IMG/VR virus record: IMGVR_UViG_3300045256_000415
From: an uncultured virus (IMG/VR IMGVR_UViG_3300045256_000415)
Lineage: Duplodnaviria; Heunggongvirae; Uroviricota; Caudoviricetes
Strand: one strand, 5' to 3'
Length of the DNA: 64,000 nucleotides
Below the pieces are notes generated by a model, which searched no databases, was not told the origin of the DNA, and was given only the letters and a program-made list of their open reading frames with translations. A program made the position numbers and the translations under genes. How positions within the stretch are numbered: the stretch's first letter is position 1; every line of letters begins with the position of its first letter. Positions 59,654 to 64,000 of this stretch are shown here, in pieces.

Positions 59654-59989
59654 ATGCCAGCCGTCGCAGAACCACCGACCAGAACACTGCCGGACTTCGA
59701 GGAAGAAACCAGGACCCGCCGGCAGCCGCCCTACGCTGTCGTGGTCCTGAACGACGACGATCATACCTTCGACTACGTGATCCAGACTTTCATGAAGGTC
59801 TTCAACTATGAGTTTGAGAAATGCTTCAAGCTGGCCCAGATGATCCACGAGGAGGGTCGGGCCATCGTCTGGGTCGGCTCCCTCGAAGTGGCCGAACTCA
59901 AGCGTGACCAGATCAAATCGGCCGGGCCGGACCACTGGTCCACCAAGAAGGTGACGTGGCCGCTGGGCGTCGAACTCGAACCGCAATAA
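59654..59989 (+). CDS. clpS: ATP-dependent Clp protease adaptor ClpS
   Basis: PPYAVVVLNDDDHTFDYV...IHEEGRA.V....EVAELK. Confidence 0.92.
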   Translation: MPAVAEPPTRTLPDFEEETRTRRQPPYAVVVLNDDDHTFDYVIQTFMKVFNYEFEKCFKLAQMIHEEGRAIVWVGSLEVAELKRDQIKSAGPDHWSTKKVTWPLGVELEPQ

Positions 59990-60068
59990 AGGCGTGTCTA
60001 CGAAAAAAGGCCGAAGCGTATTTAAAGGGAAGATCGGGTCGGTGATTGGGCGACGCCGGGTCGATCGG

Positions 60069-60104
60069 GGCCGGGAGGTTTGACCCTCCCGGCCTTTTTC
60101 TTTT
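60069..60104 (+). terminator. intrinsic terminator
   Basis: GGCCGGGAGG/CCTCCCGGCC 10-bp stem followed by TTTTTCTTTT. Confidence 0.8.
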
Positions 60105-60107
60105 CTA

Positions 60108-61028
60108 TCAAATCAGAGCGAAGTCCTGCACGTTCTTGCCCTGAATCTTGATATCCGACAGCGAGTCCACCATAATCTCCACCTTGATCTTCCCAGCCGG
60201 CGGTGGGTTGCCCGGCGGGGCGGTGGCGGTGGCGGCGGCGGCAGTGGCGGGGGGTGCGCCGTAGATCGCCTGAATCCGCGGGATGTCATCCTGTAGTTGC
60301 GGCTTGGTGATCCCCACCGCGTAGTATGGGGCCATCAGAGCCTTCGGATTCTGCGAATGTTCCAGCCCCAGCAGGTGGCCGAACTCGTGCGTGGCCACGT
60401 TCAGATACAGGACACCGCGATCTATCGTGGACTTGATCCACGTCTCATCCATGTCGAACCGCATCAGCAGTTGACCCTGGAAATTAGGCTGAGGCGGCAA
60501 GTAGGCCCACGCCAGCGTCCCAGCCGGCCCGTCGAACTGGTCCGCCGCTCCACAACCCGTGGAGATGATGATGTTAGCCTGGAACGACTGGTTCACCCGC
60601 TGGAACTTGAGGTCCGCCACGTCCGCCCACTGCTGGAACCCCAGTGCTATCAGGTCATCTTGGTCAGACTGACTCAACCCGCCCACATACTTCTCGACGA
60701 AGTAGGTGATAGTCATGCCGTTCTTCCAAGACTTGACTCCTGCGGCCTCCGGGGAGATCAGCGAGAAGTCCTTGCAGCCGCACCGCGGCATGAACTCCAT
60801 GGCTCGGACCGTCTTGGTGTCCAGATCCCCATTCGCCTCGATCCCCACCATCTCCTGGAACTGCTTGGTATACTCCTTCACCTTGTCCTCCGTCAGGTTC
60901 CCTTCGGCGGGGTCGTGGAAGAAGTAGGTAAAGTAACGCAGAGCGAAGTCCACAGCGGTGTATTCGAGGTTCTGTTTCTCGACGACCTGCTTGACCAGCT
61001 TCTGGCTGAACAGTTTCTTTGTAGCCAC
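60108..61028 (-). CDS. matrixin (M10-like) metallopeptidase with PG-binding-like prodomain
   Basis: FQ...GI...G.LD..T...M..PRCG cysteine switch; HEFGHLLGLEHS; ALMAP Met-turn. Confidence 0.92.
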   Translation of the reverse strand: MATKKLFSQKLVKQVVEKQNLEYTAVDFALRYFTYFFHDPAEGNLTEDKVKEYTKQFQEMVGIEANGDLDTKTVRAMEFMPRCGCKDFSLISPEAAGVKSWKNGMTITYFVEKYVGGLSQSDQDDLIALGFQQWADVADLKFQRVNQSFQANIIISTGCGAADQFDGPAGTLAWAYLPPQPNFQGQLLMRFDMDETWIKSTIDRGVLYLNVATHEFGHLLGLEHSQNPKALMAPYYAVGITKPQLQDDIPRIQAIYGAPPATAAAATATAPPGNPPPAGKIKVEIMVDSLSDIKIQGKNVQDFALI

Positions 61029-61061
61029 GGTAGCCTCCTAAGTGCTTATCTGAGATTTGCC

Positions 61062-61907
61062 ATGGAAAGTTGGGATCAGATCCAGGATGAGCCCCAAGGT
61101 GCGCTCCTGGTGGTCGCCGGACCCCATAACGGCGATGCGTCCTGGGCCACTCCACACTTCCCAACCCTAAAGCCATTGTACCAACATCTTGTGGTCTGCT
61201 GCCCACCGAGCGTTATAGACATCTTTCACCACAACCCATATATCGACAAGATCGTAATCACGGCCAGCAAGGACCTAGCCCATCTCGCCACGCTAGCCGC
61301 CGAGTCGAAGAAGTTTGGCCTCGTTTTCCCGCCAGTCACCATCTGGCCAGTCGAGCACAAGTACAACCTGCTCCGCACCAAGCAGTATCTCGAACGCCGC
61401 AAATTTCCGGTTCCCTCAATCACCCCAGACCTCTATATCTCCACCACCGAGATCGATAGTATAGTAGAGTTCATGGGCAAGCACCAGGGTGGACCGCGGC
61501 TTATGGTTGAGACGTTCAACTACAGCCGGCAGACAGCGTTCACTCTGGACTGGCTGAGTCGGGTCATCGATTATGTCGTGAGTAAGCATCCACAGGCGTG
61601 GTTATTCATCCCGTGCAGTGCGAAAGAGTCCATCAACGTACCGTTGCACCCACGGGTTGTGCCGTTACATCAGTTCACGGTCCGGCAATGCGGGTTCTTG
61701 GCGAACTTCTGTGACTATTTCTTGTCTTGTTCGAGCGGGGTCAGCCACGCCTGCAGTAGCACTTTGACGAAGCCGGGTCTGAAATGGTTGGAGACGATCA
61801 CCAACGATTGGCATAGTACCAAGCCTTACGAGATCCGCGGGCGGAAGTACCACGTCGGCGACGATTTCGACGGATACTTCCGCCTACTTCGGGAGCTACT
61901 TCCCTAG
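61062..61907 (+). CDS. GT9-like (heptosyltransferase-type) glycosyltransferase
   Basis: NGD..ATP....LK, IF.HNPYID, PDLY, CD.F....SG.SH. Confidence 0.75.
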   Translation: MESWDQIQDEPQGALLVVAGPHNGDASWATPHFPTLKPLYQHLVVCCPPSVIDIFHHNPYIDKIVITASKDLAHLATLAAESKKFGLVFPPVTIWPVEHKYNLLRTKQYLERRKFPVPSITPDLYISTTEIDSIVEFMGKHQGGPRLMVETFNYSRQTAFTLDWLSRVIDYVVSKHPQAWLFIPCSAKESINVPLHPRVVPLHQFTVRQCGFLANFCDYFLSCSSGVSHACSSTLTKPGLKWLETITNDWHSTKPYEIRGRKYHVGDDFDGYFRLLRELLP

Positions 61908-62409
61908 CGGCTTCGCCTGGACCGGAGCGATCCGTTCCAGGATGTCCGGTAGCACATCGAGCAGAACGTTTCCGTTCTGCACTACCACGTTCTGTTGTAC
62001 CACCGCCTGGAAGATCTGGGTGACGACTTGCGTCTCGACCTTCTGGGTGCTCTTCTGTTGCTGCTTCACCGCGTACGCTGGGGTGTTATTCTTGAATGCG
62101 AATTTCCGCAGCGGGGCTACCCTGCTTGGCCGGCGTCAGTGGAATTGTGTCTAGAATCTTCTGGTATTCCATCGCGAAGACGTACTCACCCAGCACATCC
62201 TTTTGGGGCTGCTTGGTCGGGTAGAGCTTTAGTTGCCGGTTGATGACATCCACCTGGGTGATGTCCACGTCCTCGTAGGCGTAGGGCTGTGAGTAATTGC
62301 CGTATGGCGTTACCACCGCGTTGTAGGGCTGTACGAAGCAGTGGTCCCCAGCGGATGCCAGTGTGGTCAGACCGAACACCAGTAACAGGGCCACGATCAG
62401 GCGTGTCAT
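61896..62409 (-). pseudogene. secreted protein, apparently frameshifted
   Basis: Signal peptide MTRLIVALLLVFGLTTLASA; reading continues VAPLRKFAFKNN...PLGK* in another frame at the G-run near 62120. Confidence 0.55.
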
Positions 62410-62957
62410 GCGATCTTCAGTTTCTTCAGCACGAGCTTGGTTAGCCCAGCTGGGTCGTGAGGGTTCCAGGTTATGTAGTCACCGTACTCTTCCGTGAGCA
62501 CTCTCTTCATAATTTCGGCTGCGGCTTTCGCCGTTTCGAGGGTATGGAAACGGCCCTCGTCCACATGCTTTTCCGTCGGGCTGTCGAGGAAGATATTCAG
62601 CGGTGCGAATTTCTGGTCAAACAGCCTGACCAATTCCTTGAGCGGGGGTTGTACGGGGTCGTTGGCGAGTTCGGCGTAACAGCACTGGATCAGGATTGGG
62701 CTATCGGTGATGATGTAGTCGAGGCCGGAGTGGAATAGAAGGCGGTCTTCGGCGTTGATTTGTTTGCCGAAGATGTACACTTGGTCGAAGGATCGGATAG
62801 GGCGGCCCATGTAGGCCCAGGATTTGACGTACTCGTTGACGAGTTCGACCTTGAGGTCACGTACCTTCATCTCGTGGTAAATGTGGGCGGAGACAGTGCT
62901 CTTACCGACTCCGGGGCGGCCAAAGAGGTTAATCCGCCTGTACTTGGGCTGTGCCAT
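62406..62957 (-). CDS. NadR/AAA_28-like P-loop nucleotide kinase/ATPase
   Basis: INLFGRPGVGKST, ELVNEYVK.WA, IITDSP. Confidence 0.85.
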   Translation of the reverse strand: MAQPKYRRINLFGRPGVGKSTVSAHIYHEMKVRDLKVELVNEYVKSWAYMGRPIRSFDQVYIFGKQINAEDRLLFHSGLDYIITDSPILIQCCYAELANDPVQPPLKELVRLFDQKFAPLNIFLDSPTEKHVDEGRFHTLETAKAAAEIMKRVLTEEYGDYITWNPHDPAGLTKLVLKKLKIA

Positions 62958-63120
62958 GGTGACCCCACTTAATGAAGCGTTCACGGTCGTCAGGATGTAT
63001 GAGGGGGCTGTGACGTTTTGGCTTGCCTTCCTTGGCTACCGGGATGCTGTCCAGCGTCGAGTTTGGGTACTCACCGGGAGCCGAGGTCCAGTGCCCTTCC
63101 GAGATTTGACGCAGCTTCAT
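62929..63120 (-). CDS. small protein with MKLRQISE leader
   Basis: GAGG SD, 63 aa. Confidence 0.55.
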   Translation of the reverse strand: MKLRQISEGHWTSAPGEYPNSTLDSIPVAKEGKPKRHSPLIHPDDRERFIKWGHHGTAQVQAD

Positions 63121-63133
63121 CGTTCCCTCGTCG

Positions 63134-63406
63134 TCACCTCATGAACAAAACGAAGGCTTTCTCATCGCCGAGCCTCACGAGGTGGTTCACTAGGACCGTA
63201 CTCTGAGCGTAGAACAGTTCCCGTTCCCTGGGGTAATCACCTAGCGCCATCAAGGTTTTGAGTTCGAACCGAGTCTTGCTCTCTGATATGGTCTTCTTGG
63301 CTTTCTCTTGCGTCTCCTTGCACTGGTCACACTTGATGATCCAGTGGCTAGTAGTTTCCAGGACTTTCATATAGAAGATTTGTCCAAGAATTCTAGCGAG
63401 ACTCAT
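63134..63406 (-). CDS. hypothetical protein
   Basis: 90 aa, CDQC. Confidence 0.55.
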   Translation of the reverse strand: MSLARILGQIFYMKVLETTSHWIIKCDQCKETQEKAKKTISESKTRFELKTLMALGDYPRERELFYAQSTVLVNHLVRLGDEKAFVLFMR

Positions 63407-63477
63407 GCTGTCTTCGAATCAGCGTCAGCCGTGTTGTAGTCAAATGGCGGCGGTGCTGTAATCCATGGAGAGATATT

Positions 63478-64000
63478 GTGGGAATCTGCCATCGTCAAAC
63501 TAACGCCACCCTCTTCGATCTCCAGAAGTGGTTGACCAACGGCATAATCTCCAAACCTCAGTGGCAGAGGGATGATGCTTGGTCGCCGAAAAAGAAGGAG
63601 CAATTCGAAAAGACTGTCCTGGACAAGGCCAAAGTCGGTTCCGACATTCTCAGCGGCTGCGTCGTCCTATACAAGATCGAAGGTGATGATCGGCTGTGGT
63701 TGAGTGACGGTCTACAACGAACCTTGAACTCACAACGCCTGTATCAAAAGCTGGTTGCAGAGCGTGGCCCTATTGCTGCTGAACAATTATTATCTCGGAT
63801 CAGCGTGCCGATGCTAGAGATGAGATATATCAATGAAAAGGAAGCCAAAGACGAATTCCGACGGATGAATCAGGGAACTCCACTGACTGAGTTCGAACAG
63901 GCTAAGACTATCCTCACTGATCTCCCCAATTATCAGGATTGGGAAAATAGAATTCTTTCTCGCCTCCATACTGTGGTGTCAAACAGAATGTTGCAATTCG
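63478..64000 (+). CDS. DUF262 (ParB-like/GmrS-type) domain protein, partial
   Basis: Not in the ORF track (runs off the window end); manual translation gives PQWQRDDAWS..KK..F, LSDGLQRT, F.RMNQGTPLT. Confidence 0.8.
   Translation, partial: MGICHRQTNATLFDLQKWLTNGIISKPQWQRDDAWSPKKKEQFEKTVLDKAKVGSDILSGCVVLYKIEGDDRLWLSDGLQRTLNSQRLYQKLVAERGPIAAEQLLSRISVPMLEMRYINEKEAKDEFRRMNQGTPLTEFEQAKTILTDLPNYQDWENRILSRLHTVVSNRMLQF

Noticed and set aside
60297..61061. N-terminal half of the 536-aa track ORF
   Set aside because: It is the antisense shadow of the matrixin gene; the GT9-like protein plausibly starts at 61062
213..63603. Many overlapping 60-200 aa track ORFs antisense or out of frame to called genes
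   Set aside because: Expected shadow ORFs in GC-rich coding DNA; Arg/Pro/Ser-biased, with no SD or motifs
1..64000. Stop-codon reassignment (TAG/TGA), suggested by in-frame stops at 2960, 3032, 4216 and 45517
   Set aside because: All three stop types occur, mostly in genes with other lesions; long genes have no internal stops and many end in TAG directly before the next gene
1..64000. tRNA and rRNA genes
   Set aside because: GTTCGAA-like hits (for example near 43658 and 44664) lie in ORFs without a cloverleaf; the only rRNA-related match is the 13-nt anti-SD complement

Overview
This 64 kb window looks like part of a large, probably jumbo, tailed-phage genome, with dense short hypothetical genes and frequent strand switches. 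The sigma-70 factor and ClpS resemble, from recall, Planctomycetota proteins, which tentatively points to that host phylum. Contents: (i) a virion module (25.2-37.4 kb, probably also 57.4-59.1 kb) with a large tail fibre/spike-like protein and a P2 gpI/baseplate-like protein interrupted by an intein; (ii) a glycan-tailoring cluster (37.4-44.7 kb: GT8-sulfotransferase fusion, GT2-like, PhyH dioxygenase fusion, sulfotransferase, GT32-like, two methyltransferases) plus scattered GT47- and GT9-like genes; (iii) host-takeover and nucleotide genes (sigma factor, ClpS, matrixin, adenosine deaminase, two NUDIX, metallophosphoesterase, NadR-like ATPase, DUF932, DUF262); (iv) many mostly decayed HNH endonucleases and frameshifted accessory genes. 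Two signals are not explained by the ORFs. One is a ~440 nt structured RNA candidate (12098-12535, +) with a raiA-motif-like 5' domain and a 13-nt perfect complement of the 16S rRNA 3' end. The other is an array of four hairpins with an invariant loop but different stems (54812-54924). No tRNA, rRNA or canonical CRISPR array was found. All family calls are by motif recognition, not database search.
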